A DNA stretch of 64,000 nucleotides from Gammaproteobacteria bacterium (GTDB taxonomy: Bacteria; Pseudomonadota; Gammaproteobacteria; Chromatiales; Chromatiaceae): assembly GCA_038144195.1 (NCBI GenBank), contig JAYQNH010000001.1, positions 39,295 to 103,294 of the forward strand, read 5' to 3'. The position numbers and the translations under genes are program-made. Positions 1 through 12,148 of the stretch are shown here, in pieces; position 1 is the first letter of the stretch; each line of letters starts with the position of its first letter. The notes below the pieces were generated by a model. That model did no database searches, was not told the origin of the DNA, and saw only the letters and a list, made by a program, of their open reading frames with translations.

Positions 1-877
1 ACATTGTGAGTTCACGCAGCATTTTTGGCAGTACTACAGTGCTGTTTGATAAGTACCTTGTGCGCTCTGGGATTCAAACAAGCTATGCCGATCAGTCAGA
101 TGTGGACAGTTGGCGCGTAGCTATCACGCCACAAACCAAGTTGTTGTTTGTGGAGACACCGTCAAACCCGTTAACCACGTTATGTGACATACAAGCACTT
201 GCCGATTTGGCGCATGAGCATGATTGTTTGTTAGTGGTGGACAACTGTTTTTGTACACCGGCTTTGCAAAAGCCTTTAGAGCTTGGTGCCGATATCGTGA
301 TTCATTCGGCGACCAAATATCTTGATGGTCAGGGGCGTGCCTTGGGTGGTGCTGTTTGCGGTAGCCAGACATTAGTCGGAGAAGAGGTGTTTGGCTTCTT
401 GCGTACCACTGGTCCAACGATGGCGCCATTCAATGCATGGGTCTTCCTCAAGGGCTTGAGACCTTATCGCTACGTATGAAGGCACACTCAGCGTCAGCTC
501 TTGAGCTTGCTCAATGGTTAGAAGCACACCCATCTATCGAGAAAGTTTACTACCCGGGATTGCAATCCCATCCGCAGCATGAACTTGCCCAGCGTCAGCA
601 GAAAACTGGCGGCGGTATCGTTGCCTTTGAAGTGAAAGGTGGCAAAGAGGCGGCTTGGTCGGTGATCGATGCGACGCAGATGCTCTCGATTACCGCCAAT
701 CTTGGTGATGCGAAAACCACGATTACCCATCCTGCGACCACCACGCATGGTCGTTTGACTGATGAGCAGCGGGAAAAAGCGGGTATTCAGCGGAACTTGG
801 TCCGCGTCGCTGTGGGTCTTGAATCTATTGAAGACATCAAAGCAGATCTGGCTTTGGGGCTGGATCGCCTGAAATAA
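1..877 (+). CDS. metZ: O-succinylhomoserine sulfhydrylase (Cys/Met-metabolism PLP enzyme). The 5' end lies outside the window and the frame is broken near 455.
   Basis: ORFs 6..479 and 437..877 are consecutive parts of one protein. It has the PLP-lysine motif SATKYLDGQGR and the C-terminal ITANLGDAKTTITHPATTTHGRL. The junction reads AWVFLKGL/ETLSLRMKAH, consistent with one missing g in ggcttGagacc. Confidence 0.85.
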
Positions 878-1013
878 GGCGGAATAAGGGTTTCGAGGTC
901 TCTCGAAACATGAAAAATATTAATTTTTCTAGGACCTGCGCCTTTGTTAAGGTGCTGCGCACTTGCGGTGCAGTCTATCTGTGCCTACCAGAAAATCAGC
1001 TAAAGGATTGATT

Positions 1014-3617
1014 ATGTTAGAAGCTTATCGCGCTCACGTTGCAGAACGTGCTGAACAAGGTGTACCACCGCTGCCATTGTCAGCTGATCAGGTTAACGGC
1101 CTGATTGAATTGCTGAAAAACCCGCCAGCAGGTGAAGAAGATGCCTTGATGGATCTGTTGATCAATCGCGTTCCACCGGGTGTTGATGATGCAGCTTACG
1201 TTAAAGCCGCTTTCTTGGCCGCTGTTTCGAAGGGTGAAGCATCGTCTCCTTTAGTGAATAAAGAGAAAGCCGTTGAGTTGTTGGGCACCATGTTAGGTGG
1301 TTACAACATCCAGCCAATGATTGATTTTTTGGATGATGCTGACCTTGGTGGTTTGGCCGCAGAGCAGCTGAAGTACACCTTATTGATGTTTGATGCATTC
1401 CACGATGTGAATGAGAAAGCAAAAGCGGGTAATGCCAATGCGAAGGCCGTGGTTGAGTCATGGGCGAATGCTGAATGGTTCACCCGTAAAGCGGATCTCC
1501 CAGCAGAAATTAAGCTGACCGTTTTCAAAGTAACGGTTGAGACAAACACTGATGATTTATCGCCTGCACAAGATGCATGGTCACGCCCTGATATCCCTGT
1601 TCACGCACTCGCCATGTTGAAGATGGAGCGTGAGGGCATTGTTCCTGATGACAGTGGTAAGACTGGTCCCATCACACTCATTGACGAATTAAAAGCTAAG
1701 GGCAATCCACTGGTTTATGTGGGCGACGTTGTCGGTACGGGCTCTTCACGTAAGTCAGCCACTAACTCTGTGCTATGGCATATGGGTGATGACATTCCTT
1801 TCGTACCGAATAAGCGTTCAGGTGGTGTTGTGTTGGGCGGTAAGATTGCACCGATCTTCTTCAACACGGTTGAAGACTCAGGTGCATTGCCAATCGAATG
1901 TCCTGTTGAGCAAATGAACATGGGTGATGTGATCACAGTTAAGCCTTATGAAGGTGTGGTCACTAACGAAGCTGGTGAGGTGATCTCTGAGTTCTCACTG
2001 AAGACCGATGTTATTTTGGACGAAGTGAAAGCGGGTGGTCGTATCCCATTGATCATCGGCCGTTCATTGACTGAAAAAGCACGCGAAGCTTTAGGTCTTG
2101 ATGCGACTGATACTTTCCGTCGTCCTGTCGATCCTGCAGATACGGGTAAAGGCTTTACCTTGGCACAGAAGATGGTCGGTAAGGCGTGTGGCGTAGACGG
2201 TATCCGTCCAGGTACTTACTGCGAGCCACGTATGGGCACAGTCGGTTCACAAGACACCACAGGTCCAATGACCCGTGACGAATTGAAAGAGCTTGCCTGT
2301 TTGGGTTTCTCTGCTGACTTGGTGATGCAGAGCTTCTGTCACACAGCAGCGTATCCAAAGCGTGTGTATATCAATACACAACACACCTTGCCAGAGTTCA
2401 TTCAAAATCGTGGTGGTGTGTCTTTACGTCCTGGTGACGGTGTTATCCATAGCTGGTTGAACCGTATGTTGTTGCCAGATCAAGTCGGTACTGGTGGTGA
2501 TTCACACACCCGTTTCCCATTAGGTATTTCATTCCCAGCAGGTTCTGGCTTGGTCGCATTCGGTGCGGCACTAGGTGTAATGCCTTTGGATATGCCTGAG
2601 TCAGTTCTGGTTAAGTTCAGTGGTGAAATGCAGCCTGGTATCACCTTGCGTGACTTGGTTAACGCGATTCCACATGAAGCACTGAAGCGTGGTTTGTTGA
2701 CTGTTGAGAAGCGCGGCAAAAAGAACTGCTACAACGGACGTATCTTGGTGATCCAAGGCTTGCCAAACCTAACTGTTGAGCAAGCGTTTGAGTTGTCAGA
2801 TGCATCAGCAGAGCGTTCAGCAGCGGGTTGTACCATCGATCTTTCAGAAGAGTCGGTTGCTGAATACTTGCGTTCAAACATCATTATGTTGCGCTGGATG
2901 ATTGAGAATGGCTACGATGATGCTCGTACCCTTGAGCGTCGCGCACGGGCAATGGAAGAGTGGCTAGAGAATCCAGTGTTGATGCGTGCAGATGCTGATG
3001 CGGAATACGCAGAAGTGATCGAAATCAACATGTCTGAGATCAAAGAGCCTTTGTTGGCATGTCCAAACGACCCAGACGATGTGAAGACTTTGTCAGAAGT
3101 GGCAGGCGATAAGATTGATGAAGTGTTCATCGGTTCTTGTATGACTAACATTGGTCACTTCAGAGCGGCGGGTAAGTTGTTGCAAACAGCCGGTAATACG
3201 TTGCCAACACGTTTATGGATTGCACCACCAACCAAGATGGACGAGCAGCAATTGATGGAAGAAGGTTACTTCAACATCTACGCGCAAGCCGGTGCACGTA
3301 CTGAGATGCCAGGTTGTTCGTTGTGTATGGGTAATCAGGCACGTATTGCGGCCAACTCAACGGCAGTATCAACCTCAACGCGTAACTTCCCAAACCGTCT
3401 GGGTCAGGGCGCTAACGTGTACTTGTCGTCAGCAGAACTCGCTTCGATTGCAGCGATCATGGGTAAATTACCTACGGTTGCTGAGTACATGGAGTACGCA
3501 ACTAAGATCGATAGCATGGCGCCTGAGATCTACCGCTACCTCAACTTCGACAAAATGCCGGAGTACGTCGAGTCTGCGGATAAGGCACAAGAGATTATCG
3601 TAAAGTTAGCGATCTAA
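1014..3617 (+). CDS. acnB: Aconitate hydratase B (bifunctional aconitase / 2-methylisocitrate dehydratase), intact.
   Basis: The ORF is 963..3617. The likely ATG at 1014 gives [22 protein letters not shown], a typical AcnB N-terminus, preceded by aaagga. Motifs are [41 protein letters not shown] and IGSCMTN. Length is about 867 aa. Confidence 0.95.
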   Translation: MLEAYRAHVAERAEQGVPPLPLSADQVNGLIELLKNPPAGEEDALMDLLINRVPPGVDDAAYVKAAFLAAVSKGEASSPLVNKEKAVELLGTMLGGYNIQPMIDFLDDADLGGLAAEQLKYTLLMFDAFHDVNEKAKAGNANAKAVVESWANAEWFTRKADLPAEIKLTVFKVTVETNTDDLSPAQDAWSRPDIPVHALAMLKMEREGIVPDDSGKTGPITLIDELKAKGNPLVYVGDVVGTGSSRKSATNSVLWHMGDDIPFVPNKRSGGVVLGGKIAPIFFNTVEDSGALPIECPVEQMNMGDVITVKPYEGVVTNEAGEVISEFSLKTDVILDEVKAGGRIPLIIGRSLTEKAREALGLDATDTFRRPVDPADTGKGFTLAQKMVGKACGVDGIRPGTYCEPRMGTVGSQDTTGPMTRDELKELACLGFSADLVMQSFCHTAAYPKRVYINTQHTLPEFIQNRGGVSLRPGDGVIHSWLNRMLLPDQVGTGGDSHTRFPLGISFPAGSGLVAFGAALGVMPLDMPESVLVKFSGEMQPGITLRDLVNAIPHEALKRGLLTVEKRGKKNCYNGRILVIQGLPNLTVEQAFELSDASAERSAAGCTIDLSEESVAEYLRSNIIMLRWMIENGYDDARTLERRARAMEEWLENPVLMRADADAEYAEVIEINMSEIKEPLLACPNDPDDVKTLSEVAGDKIDEVFIGSCMTNIGHFRAAGKLLQTAGNTLPTRLWIAPPTKMDEQQLMEEGYFNIYAQAGARTEMPGCSLCMGNQARIAANSTAVSTSTRNFPNRLGQGANVYLSSAELASIAAIMGKLPTVAEYMEYATKIDSMAPEIYRYLNFDKMPEYVESADKAQEIIVKLAI

Positions 3618-3632
3618 ATTTCGCCAAACGAG

Positions 3633-3657
3633 GAAGCCCGCGAAAGCGGGCTTTTTT
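3633..3657 (+). terminator. Rho-independent terminator after acnB.
   Basis: The stem gaagcccgc / gcgggcttt has a gaaa loop and is followed by a T-run. Confidence 0.7.
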
Positions 3658-3721
3658 GTGTTTGCTAAGTTAGAAAATAGGCATAAAATTTATTTTTAAT
3701 AGAAATTTTTTAAGGCTACAC

Positions 3722-5328
3722 GTGAAGTCAATCCCGTTTTGGACGAGCTCTCGACTCGTTATATTGTTTTCGGTTTTTGTGACAGCTGTGGCAAATGTCA
3801 CGATGTTCGAGAAACTCTTTGCTTGGCAGTCAGCGTCGGGTTCTGAATTTTTCTATGTCATGTCATTAATCCCATTTCAAGCATTGCTTTTAATGTGGAT
3901 TATTTCATTCCTGACTTTTCACAGTGCGTATAGGTATGTCCTTTCTCTTCTACTCTTAATGACAGCGTTAAGTAGTTATTTTTCTGATGCTTACGGTGTC
4001 GTTATTGACAGGGGAATGTTGATAAATGCGATGGAAACTAATACCGCTGAAGCACGAGACTTAATGTCGTTGCAGTTATTGCTTTATGTGTTAGGTATTT
4101 TTGTCTTGCCAACACTGTGGCTATTTAGGATTAATGTTCGTGAGCAGACCTTCATAAAAAGAATAGGCGCACATTTCATCACGGGAATCACAGCATTGAT
4201 AATTGCAGTGCTAATTGTACTTTCCTTGAGTTCGTTTTATGCCTCTTTCTTTAGGGAGCAAAAAGCGATTCGAGCTTATTCGAATCCATTGGCGAGCTTG
4301 TATGCGAGTTATCAAATCTTACGTAAAGATGTTTTCACTCCTGCACCTAAGGAACTTAAAAAATAGGACAAGATGCCAAGGTTACCCAAGGGGATGTTGA
4401 CCGTGAATTAGTGATTATGGTTGTTGGTGAGACGGCGCGCGCAGATCATTTTTCCCTGAATGGTTATACGAGAAAAACTAATCCTCTCTTGGAAAAGCAG
4501 GCGGTGGTGAGTTTTACGGATGTGGACTCTTGTGGAACCAGTACGGCCCGTTCTGTGCCATGTATGTTTTCGATTAAGACTCGTCAGGAATTCTCCACGA
4601 GTGAGGCAAAATATGAGGAAAATGCACTGGATGTACTACAGCGAGCTGGAGTGAGCATTATTTGGCGAGATAACAACTCAAGTTCCAAAGGTGTTGCAGA
4701 CCGTATTCCGTATCAGGACTTTAGAACACCCGAGGTAAATCCACTCTGTGATCCTGAGTGCCGTGATGTGGGTATGCTGTCAGGACTAGATAAATACATT
4801 CAAGATAATCCTAAAGGCGATATTCTGATTGTTCTTCATAAAATGGGTAGTCATGGGCCCACTTATTATCAACGCTACCCAAAGGAATTTGCGATTTTTG
4901 GGAAGGGCTGTGAAACGAATCAGCTTGATCAGTGCTCTGCCGAACAAATCGCAAGTAGTTACGATTCAACGATTCTTTATACCGATTATTTTCTTAATGA
5001 AACTATCGAATTCTTAAAGAAATATGATCAATCCTTTGAGACCGCAATGTTTTATGTAAGCGATCATGGCGAGTCTCTTGGAGAGGGTGGGCTTTACTTG
5101 CATGCGATGCCTTACACTATAGCGCCGCGATCACAAACTAATGTCCCTGTGATTTTGTGGATGGGTGCTCAACATCATGATTATGACGTCCAACGTATAC
5201 GTAAAGAGAAAGACAATAATTACAGCCATGATAATGTCTTTCATACATTACTTGGCTTATTTGAGATTGAGTCTGATATCTATGAGCCTAGTATGAATTT
5301 AATTCGCCAAAGTCAAGTCAGTCATTAA
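3722..5328 (+). CDS. Phosphoethanolamine transferase, EptA/sulfatase family (N-terminal multi-TM domain plus periplasmic sulfatase-like domain). The frame is broken at an A-run.
   Basis: ORFs 3722..4366 (5 predicted TM segments) and 4411..5328 (VVGETARADHFSLNGY, HKMGSHGPTYYQRYP, VSDHGESLGE). The frames rejoin as KELKK/IGQDAKV if the A6 run at 4358-4363 is read as A7. Confidence 0.8.
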
Positions 5329-7935
5329 CGCGCCGTTGGTTTTTTCATTTGGCTACGCGTTTGTTCGGCTCTTATAGCCAGAGAGCCTAAGCTGATGCCT
5401 TGCGCGATATGGTTAGCATCAGTGATGTTGCCGAGTGTTTTCCAAAGAGCGCTGCTCTTGACCTTGCCATCAAGCAGTTGTTGATAGCCATGAACGATTT
5501 TTTCAACCTCTTCAGCCGGCTCATCGACAAGCTCAATCCGCCAGTGTGATATGCCAGCTTTAACTAATCGATCTGAATAGGTTGCAGCTGATTGCGCTTG
5601 TGCATTGAAGACAGTATTTCGACATCCAACATCCGCTAAAACTAGATGATCGTGTTGACCGGGATCGCGCAGATGAACGATATGATGCTCGCAAGGGCGG
5701 CCACAGTCTTTATAGGAATTTCCATGTGACATGAAGCGAGCAAAGACGCAGTGCTCAGTATGGAAAATAGGTAAGTGGTGATGCGCAATCAATTCAAGTT
5801 TGTCGCGATAAGCTTGAGGTAGATGCTCCGCTAATGCAGCGACTTGTTCGGCATTAACATCATGTGTCAGCGATAGTCGACTCAGGCCTAAGTCAATCAA
5901 TTGATGAGCCGCGAGTTGATTGCTGGCATTGAGTGAGAAGTCCCCCAAAGCTCAGGCAGTGGTATGTTTTCTTCTTCGAGCAGCGCTTGTGTCTTCTCAG
6001 AATGTTTAAGTTGCCAAAGTAAGCCTGTTGAGCGAATCAAAAGTGCATCTGGTCTCAGTTTGAGTAGATAGCGAACTAGTCGTTCTTCACCTGGCTTGAA
6101 GATGCGAGGTGCGGCTACAACGAGTTTGCGACCTTTTGCTTTTACTTCTTCACACGCATCTTTGAGCCCATGAACCTCTAGGAAGTCGACGATGATGGTG
6201 CTGAGAGAGTCAATTTTTAAGGCGGCATTAACTTGAGCTTGAGTTCGGCAAAGCAGGGATAGCTCAGGCTTAATTTGTTTAACCGGCTCGCCGGTAAGCA
6301 GGAGACTTTCTAACACTGAGCGTTCGCTTAGGTCTTTATCACGCTGATGCGTAATGATCTGTTGGCTGAATGTCTCAACGGCATCACGTCGAGCCTGTTT
6401 AAGCTGACTGACAGGAACGAAGCAATTTTCATCGAGCGTTATTGTCAGCTGATTCAATTCGAGCGAGGTGTCGCCTAAAGTGCCGATTGCCTTGGTGACT
6501 GATTCTTTGTCCAGCGCGCGTTTTTGAGCGGCTTCAACAAGCGTTTCACTCTGAAAGCAGAGGTTATGACGATGGCTCGAAAGTTCGATGGTTATGGGTT
6601 TCCCAATAACGAGACTAACGTGAATATCGGTAGAGAGTCCGCCAAGACGTGTTTCACGGGAAAGATTAGGGCCAGAATCCATGCGCGTATCTTTGGTGCG
6701 CCAAACGATATCGCCAACATGTACATGATCAAGTCGAACATGTTTTGCAAAGGTCAGGGTAACTTCACCAGAGTCAATCTCGTCAGATACGGGTTTATCT
6801 TTGCGTAAGAGTGTAAAGACATTGCCGCCGGCTTCTTTGCCTTGTGGATTACCTGAATCAAATACAACGCCGTCACCTGCTTTGACAGGATTGTTGAGCG
6901 TGAGCTCTACACCTTGATCGGTGATGTTAGAAACCGTGCCTAGATAAAGACCGCGATGACGAGGGTTTCGGCCAATCACCAATTCTTGATGGTGGGGACC
7001 ATTCAAAAAACCCGGTGTTAATCCATCGGCATGTTTACCTTGGCCACGCGAGAAAACCTGGGCTAATCGACGACGCTGTTCTTCAGAGGGCTCAGTGTCT
7101 TTAAGTGGGTTTTGAGAGAGGTGCGCATCCCATGCGCGATCAACCGCGTAGCGATACGCTGAGATGGTGCTGAGTACATACTCGGGGCCTTTCAAGCGTC
7201 CCTCGATTTTGAAACAACTCACACCGGCTTGTATTAGTTGTGGCACCTGTCCAAGTGCCATGAGGTCTTGCGGTGACAGCAAGTAATTCATGTCACCTTG
7301 TTGCTGGATTTTGCCATCCACTAATAAGCCATAAGGTAGTCGACAGGCTTGCGCACATTGGCCTCGATTTGCCGAGCGTCCGCCCCAGGCTTCGCTAGAA
7401 AAACATTGACCGCTGTAGCTCACACAAAGGGCGCCATGCACAAAGGCTTCGATCTCAATGCTGGTTTTAGCTCCAATCTGGCTGATCTCTTCAATCGATA
7501 GCTCACGACCGACAACAATGCGTTCAATGCCAAGTGATTCAGCAAAGGCGACGCCTTCAGCATCGGTAATCGACATCTGAGTACTGCCATGCAGAGGAAG
7601 GTTAGGGGCAATTTGTCGAGCAAGTTGAATAACACCGATATCTTGCACAATCAATGCATCGACACCACAACATGCCGCGAGTCGAATATGTTTTTCGACC
7701 TCTTCGAGTTCTTCATCAAATACAAGGGTGTTAAGCGCAAGATAACCTTCAACACCATGACGATGAAGTTGCTGCATAACAGTTTCGAGTTCGCTAGGCG
7801 GGATACCGATAGCGCGTGCACGTGCGTTAAAACTGGATTGCAGTCCAAAGTAGACGGCATCTGCACCAGCGTGTATCGCGGCATCGATTTGGCTTGGCCG
7901 CCAGCGGGAGCTAAGATTTGAGGTTTGTGGTTCAC
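5325..7935 (-). CDS. Large U32-family protein with two U32-like modules (putative Fe-S, O2-independent hydroxylase family; formerly called collagenase-like peptidase). Two frame breaks.
   Basis: The N-terminus VNHKPQILAPAGG (frame of ORF 7651..7953) joins PSQIDAAIHAGADAVYFG near 7895. The Cys motif is CVSYSGQC-x15-CAQAC. A second break at the C5 run 5942-5946 joins PLPELWG/DFSLNAS. The second module carries HCVFARFMSHGNSYKDCGRPC. The GTG start overlaps the upstream stop (GTGA at 7932-7935). Confidence 0.8.
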
Positions 7936-8471
7936 GCTGGATCTTTTGGCCAAAGCTGTGAGGCAGCAACCCCATCTTCAGCGAGTGAGTGACAGGTGTT
8001 CATAAATTCAACGGGTGGAGTGTGATCAGTACCCTCATGCTCACCACGCCAGGCATAAACAGTTTGTACAGCGGTTGTGGCCACTGGGCCTAAAAGCTCA
8101 GCGATATGTGTGCAGCCTCGTGTGCCACCGATCAGTAGACGAACCTTAGCGGTCCAGCCAGGTGCAATGGTTTCACCAATTAACTTTTTGTAGTGATCGG
8201 GGATGTGCGGACATGCGGGATAAGGGGCTTTCTCAGTATGCACAAGCAGATCGGTGACAAGGAGGTCGCTATCGACCGTCATGCGTATCCACATTTCATG
8301 CAGATGCTCGCCGGGTGAAATATCACCACGACCAAAGGTGCTGATAATTTCACTGCGGGTATCAATCAAACAGCCTTCGATATCCCATAAGCCATCTTCA
8401 CGCAAATATCCTTGGCAGGTGATCTGGCGTTGATGTTGTGGCTTACGAGAAGAAGCAGGAGGTAAGGGCAT
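7932..8471 (-). CDS. DUF2889-like protein.
   Basis: Intact 179-aa ORF. The motif GGTRGCTHIAELLGPVATTAVQ matches my recollection of the DUF2889 GCTH signature. It is translationally coupled to both neighbours. Confidence 0.6.
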   Translation of the reverse strand: MPLPPASSRKPQHQRQITCQGYLREDGLWDIEGCLIDTRSEIISTFGRGDISPGEHLHEMWIRMTVDSDLLVTDLLVHTEKAPYPACPHIPDHYKKLIGETIAPGWTAKVRLLIGGTRGCTHIAELLGPVATTAVQTVYAWRGEHEGTDHTPPVEFMNTCHSLAEDGVAASQLWPKDPA

Positions 8472-8474
8472 TAT

Positions 8475-8705
8475 TTAGCGTCGCTCAGAGCCTGTCTGTC
8501 CGTAAGCGATCTTGCCAATCAAAATTACCCAAGGCGTGCCATGCATCAGCAGGTCAAAAATATCGATAGGCTTACTCAACGTGCCATCTGCGAGCATTTT
8601 TAGTTTTTCCCATACATGCGGTTCGGGTACAAAAGGGGCTAGGCCCAATAACAGGCTAAAGATGACCGCCATTTGAAACGGTATTTTGGCGAGTAGGTCG
8701 CGCAT
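8475..8705 (-). CDS. Small conserved membrane protein (a family often mis-annotated as RND transporter).
   Basis: 76-aa ORF with a hydrophobic N-terminus and the motif LGLAPFVPEPHVWEKLKML...PIDIFDLLMHG. Its stop lies 3 nt before the DUF2889 start. Confidence 0.55.
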   Translation of the reverse strand: MRDLLAKIPFQMAVIFSLLLGLAPFVPEPHVWEKLKMLADGTLSKPIDIFDLLMHGTPWVILIGKIAYGQTGSERR

Positions 8706-8826
8706 CAGTTTTTCCCAAAATGTCTTAGATGGCGTGATTTTAACAGTGTTTAGGCGACTAATATCGTGTGGTTTGAGCGTGGTCTTGCTAAAATCGCCGG
8801 CTGTTTTTAGATCGTTTTATTGAGTC

Positions 8827-10230
8827 ATGTCTGTAAAAACTCGTTTCGCTCCAAGTCCTACCGGTTACCTGCACGTTGGTGGTGCCCGTACGGCGTTATT
8901 TTCGTGGTTGTATGCAAGAAAGCATGGCGGCCAGTTCGTTCTGCGTATCGAAGATACCGACCTAGAGCGCTCTACCCAAGAGTCTGTGGATGCCATCCTT
9001 GAGGGCATGCAATGGCTTAATCTCGATTACGACGAAGGTCCGTTTTATCAGACCAAGCGATTTGATCGTTACAACGAAGTGATTGATCAGTTGATTGAGA
9101 AGGGTATGGCGTATCGCTGTAGCTGTTCTAAAGAGCGTTTGGATAATCTGCGCGAAGAGCAGATGGCTGCGAAACAAAAGCCGCGTTATGACGGTCATTG
9201 CCGTCATGACGATGTGAGTGCGGATGAGCCACACGTGATCCGTTTTCTGAACCCAACAGAGGGGTCACTCAAATTTAACGATTTGGTGAAGGGTGATATC
9301 GAAGTTTCGAATAACGAGCTCGATGACTTGATTATTCGTCGTACCGATGGCTCGCCTACTTACAACCTTACAGTAGTTGTAGATGACCACGATATGGAGA
9401 TCACGCAAGTGATCCGTGGCGATGACCATATCAACAATACGCCACGTCAGATCAATATGTACGAAGCGATGGGCTGGTCAGTGCCTGAATATGCCCACTT
9501 GCCGATGATCCTTGGTGATGATGGTGCTCGACTATCTAAACGCCATGGTGCGGTATCTGTGATGCAGTATGCCGATGACGGTTATCTACCAGAAGGCTTG
9601 TTGAACTATTTGGTACGTTTAGGTTGGTCGCATGGCGATCAGGAACTGTTCAGTCGCGAAGAGATGATTGAGCTGTTTGAGCTTACCAATGTGAATCGCG
9701 CACCTTCGGCATTTAATACCGAAAAGCTGAATTGGTTGAATGCGCATTACATCAAAGAGGCGAGTCCTGCGGATCTAGCTCCCTTATTGCAAAAGCATTT
9801 AAAGCAGTTGGATATAGAAGCAACTGATCTTGCGGTCTTGGCGCAAATTGTCGAGGCACAGCGTGAGCGCGCATCAACTTTGGTTGAGTTAGCCGAGATT
9901 TCTGCTTTCTACTTTAATGATCCAGAGGGTTATAGCTCAAAGCCAGCGAAAAAAGCCCTCGTTGAAGAGGCTATCTCGCCATTAACTTATGCTCGAGACG
10001 CCTTAGCTCAGTTAGCGGCTTGGGAGCGTGAGCCCATCCATCAGTGTATTGCTGACTCTGTCACCGCGCTTGAGATCGGTTTTGGTAAGTTGGCGATGCC
10101 ACTACGAATATCGGTCACTGATGGTGCGCCATCTCCGGATCTTGATCTCACTTTATATCTTGTCGGTCGTGAAGCGACCTTGCGTCGTATCGATAATGCG
10201 ATTGCCTTTATTCAGGAGAACGCGTCATGA
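8827..10230 (+). CDS. gltX: Glutamate--tRNA ligase.
   Basis: Intact 467-aa ORF with the HIGH-type motif [14 protein letters not shown] and the KMSKS-type motif RLSKRHG. Confidence 0.95.
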   Translation: MSVKTRFAPSPTGYLHVGGARTALFSWLYARKHGGQFVLRIEDTDLERSTQESVDAILEGMQWLNLDYDEGPFYQTKRFDRYNEVIDQLIEKGMAYRCSCSKERLDNLREEQMAAKQKPRYDGHCRHDDVSADEPHVIRFLNPTEGSLKFNDLVKGDIEVSNNELDDLIIRRTDGSPTYNLTVVVDDHDMEITQVIRGDDHINNTPRQINMYEAMGWSVPEYAHLPMILGDDGARLSKRHGAVSVMQYADDGYLPEGLLNYLVRLGWSHGDQELFSREEMIELFELTNVNRAPSAFNTEKLNWLNAHYIKEASPADLAPLLQKHLKQLDIEATDLAVLAQIVEAQRERASTLVELAEISAFYFNDPEGYSSKPAKKALVEEAISPLTYARDALAQLAAWEREPIHQCIADSVTALEIGFGKLAMPLRISVTDGAPSPDLDLTLYLVGREATLRRIDNAIAFIQENAS

Positions 10231-11879
10231 GTGATGCGCCCACAAGTAACTTTATTCGTCAGATTATTGATGGCGATTTAAAAACCGGGAAGCACAATAC
10301 GGTTGTGACACGTTTTCCGCCAGAGCCCAATGGCTTTTTGCATATCGGCCATGCCAAATCGATCGTGCTCAACTTTGGTATCGGTGATGATTACAAAGGC
10401 GCGACAAATTTGCGCTTTGATGACACTAATCCGGCTAAAGAAGAAGCCGCATTCGTTGAATCGATTAAGGCTGACGTCGAGTGGTTAGGCTTTGGTTGGA
10501 AAGAGTTACGTTTTGCTTCGGATTATTTCGAACAAATTTATGACTTTGCCGTTGAGCTGATCAACGCAGGTAAAGCCTATATATGCGACCTGAATGCCGA
10601 AGAGGTGCGTGAGTATCGCGGCACTCTCACTGAGGCAGGAAAGCCAAGTCCTTACCGTGATCGTAGCGTTGAAGAGAATCTCGATTTATTCCAGCGTATG
10701 CGTGATGGTGAGTTTGATGACGGGGCAAAAACTTTACGTGCCAAGATCGATATGGCTTCACCCAATATGAATATGCGTGACCCGGCGTTGTATCGCATTC
10801 GTAAAGGCCTTCACCACCATCAAGTGGGTGATGCATGGAGCATCTACCCGATGTATGACTTCACACATCCCATCTCGGATGCAATTGAAGGCATTACCCA
10901 TTCGCTCTGTACCTTAGAATTTGAAGCACACCGTCCTCTTTATGATTGGGTGCTCGATAACATCTCTATTGATTGTCATCCGCAGCAAATTGAATTTGCG
11001 CGTTTGAATCTTGAATACACCGTGATGAGTAAGCGTAAGCTCACTCAGCTGGTAGATGAGAAGCACGTTTCGGGCTGGGATGATCCACGTATGCCGACCA
11101 TTGCTGGTTTGCGTCGTCGTGGGTACACGCCAAAGTCAGTGCGCGACTTCTGTCACATGATTGGTGTGACTCGTGCCGACAGTACCGTCGAGATGGGTAT
11201 GCTCGAAGCCGCTATCCGTAGTGACCTTGAGGCGGTAGCACCACGTCGTATGGCAGTGCTGAATCCATTGAAAGTGGTCATCACTAATTACCCAGAAGAT
11301 CAGGTAGAAACCCTTCAAGGTCCTAATCATCCAAAAGATGAATCGATGGGCTCACGTGAGCTTAAGCTAACCCGTGAAATCTTCATTGATGCAGATGACT
11401 TCCGTGAAGAAGCGAACAAGAAGTACAAGCGTTTAGTTCTGGGTGGCGAGGTTCGTCTGCGTAATGCCTATACTATTCGTGCCGATGAGATTATTCGCGA
11501 TACGTCTGGTGAAATTACCGAGATCCACTGTACCTATGATCCTGCGACGCTGGGTGTGAATCCAGAAGGTCGTAAGATTCGAGGTGTTATCCACTGGGTT
11601 TCAGCGAGCGAGGGCATACGTGCGGATGTGCATCAATACGACCGCTTGTTCACTGTGCCGAACCCGGGTGCAAAAGGTGATTTCTTGTCTGACTTGAATC
11701 CGAACTCACTCAAAGTTCTCCAAAATGCCCTGGTTGAACCATCATTGGCGACGGTTGAGGCAGGGGAGAGATTCCAGTTCGAGCGGGAAGGTTACTTCTG
11801 TCGAGATAGTGAGTCATCAAGCGATGGAAAGCCTGTGTTTAATCAAATTGTAGGTCTGCGAGACTCATGGGGTGGATGA
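10227..11879 (+). CDS. glnS: Glutamine--tRNA ligase.
   Basis: Intact 550-aa ORF with [14 protein letters not shown] and VMSKRKL. Its ATG overlaps the gltX stop (ATGA at 10227-10230). Confidence 0.95.
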   Translation: MSDAPTSNFIRQIIDGDLKTGKHNTVVTRFPPEPNGFLHIGHAKSIVLNFGIGDDYKGATNLRFDDTNPAKEEAAFVESIKADVEWLGFGWKELRFASDYFEQIYDFAVELINAGKAYICDLNAEEVREYRGTLTEAGKPSPYRDRSVEENLDLFQRMRDGEFDDGAKTLRAKIDMASPNMNMRDPALYRIRKGLHHHQVGDAWSIYPMYDFTHPISDAIEGITHSLCTLEFEAHRPLYDWVLDNISIDCHPQQIEFARLNLEYTVMSKRKLTQLVDEKHVSGWDDPRMPTIAGLRRRGYTPKSVRDFCHMIGVTRADSTVEMGMLEAAIRSDLEAVAPRRMAVLNPLKVVITNYPEDQVETLQGPNHPKDESMGSRELKLTREIFIDADDFREEANKKYKRLVLGGEVRLRNAYTIRADEIIRDTSGEITEIHCTYDPATLGVNPEGRKIRGVIHWVSASEGIRADVHQYDRLFTVPNPGAKGDFLSDLNPNSLKVLQNALVEPSLATVEAGERFQFEREGYFCRDSESSSDGKPVFNQIVGLRDSWGG

Positions 11880-11924
11880 ACCAAAAGATTGGTCATAAAA
11901 GGGAAATAAATCGCCCTGAAGGGG

Positions 11925-11953
11925 TAGACATCAAGTCCTCAAATCCCTAATAT
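11925..11953 (+). promoter_or_regulatory. Sigma70-type promoter for the tRNA pair.
   Basis: The -35 is tagaca (11925-11930) and the -10 is taatat (11948-11953), with a 17-nt spacer. A GC-rich discriminator acgcgctccc follows, as is usual for stable-RNA promoters. Confidence 0.55.
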
Positions 11954-11966
11954 ACGCGCTCCCTGA

Positions 11967-12042
11967 GGGGCCATAGCTCAGCTGGGAGAGCGCAACACTG
12001 GCAGTGTTGAGGTCAGCGGTTCGATCCCGCTTGGCTCCACCA
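11967..12042 (+). tRNA. tRNA-Ala (anticodon GGC).
   Basis: GGGGCCATAGCTCAGCTGGGAGAGCGCAACACTGGCAGTGTTGAGGTCAGCGGTTCGATCCCGCTTGGCTCCACCA folds as a cloverleaf. The anticodon loop is CTGGCAG and the CCA end is encoded. Confidence 0.95.
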
Positions 12043-12064
12043 AACAATTTGCAAAAAGGTTTCT

Positions 12065-12140
12065 GTCCCGTTCATCTAGAGGCCTAGGATCCCAGCCTTT
12101 CACGCTGGTTACAGGGGTTCGACTCCCCTACGGGACGCCA
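12065..12140 (+). tRNA. tRNA-Glu (anticodon UUC).
   Basis: GTCCCGTTCATCTAGAGGCCTAGGATCCCAGCCTTTCACGCTGGTTACAGGGGTTCGACTCCCCTACGGGACGCCA is closely similar to the canonical bacterial tRNA-Glu. The anticodon loop is CTTTCAC. Confidence 0.95.
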
Positions 12141-12148
12141 CATAGAAA

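Noticed and set aside
889-911. Hairpin gtttcgag gtct ctcgaaac after metZ as a terminator.
   Set aside because: It has a good 8-bp stem, but no T-run follows, so I did not list it as a feature.
1201-3603. Several 60-100-aa ORFs inside or antisense to acnB (1201..1461, 1301..1549, 1715..1936, 2480..2719, 2912..3151, 3292..3603 and others).
   Set aside because: They lie entirely within an intact, strongly conserved 867-aa aconitase B frame. They have odd composition (Ser/Arg/Cys/His-rich), no RBS and no recognisable motifs. These are typical shadow ORFs.
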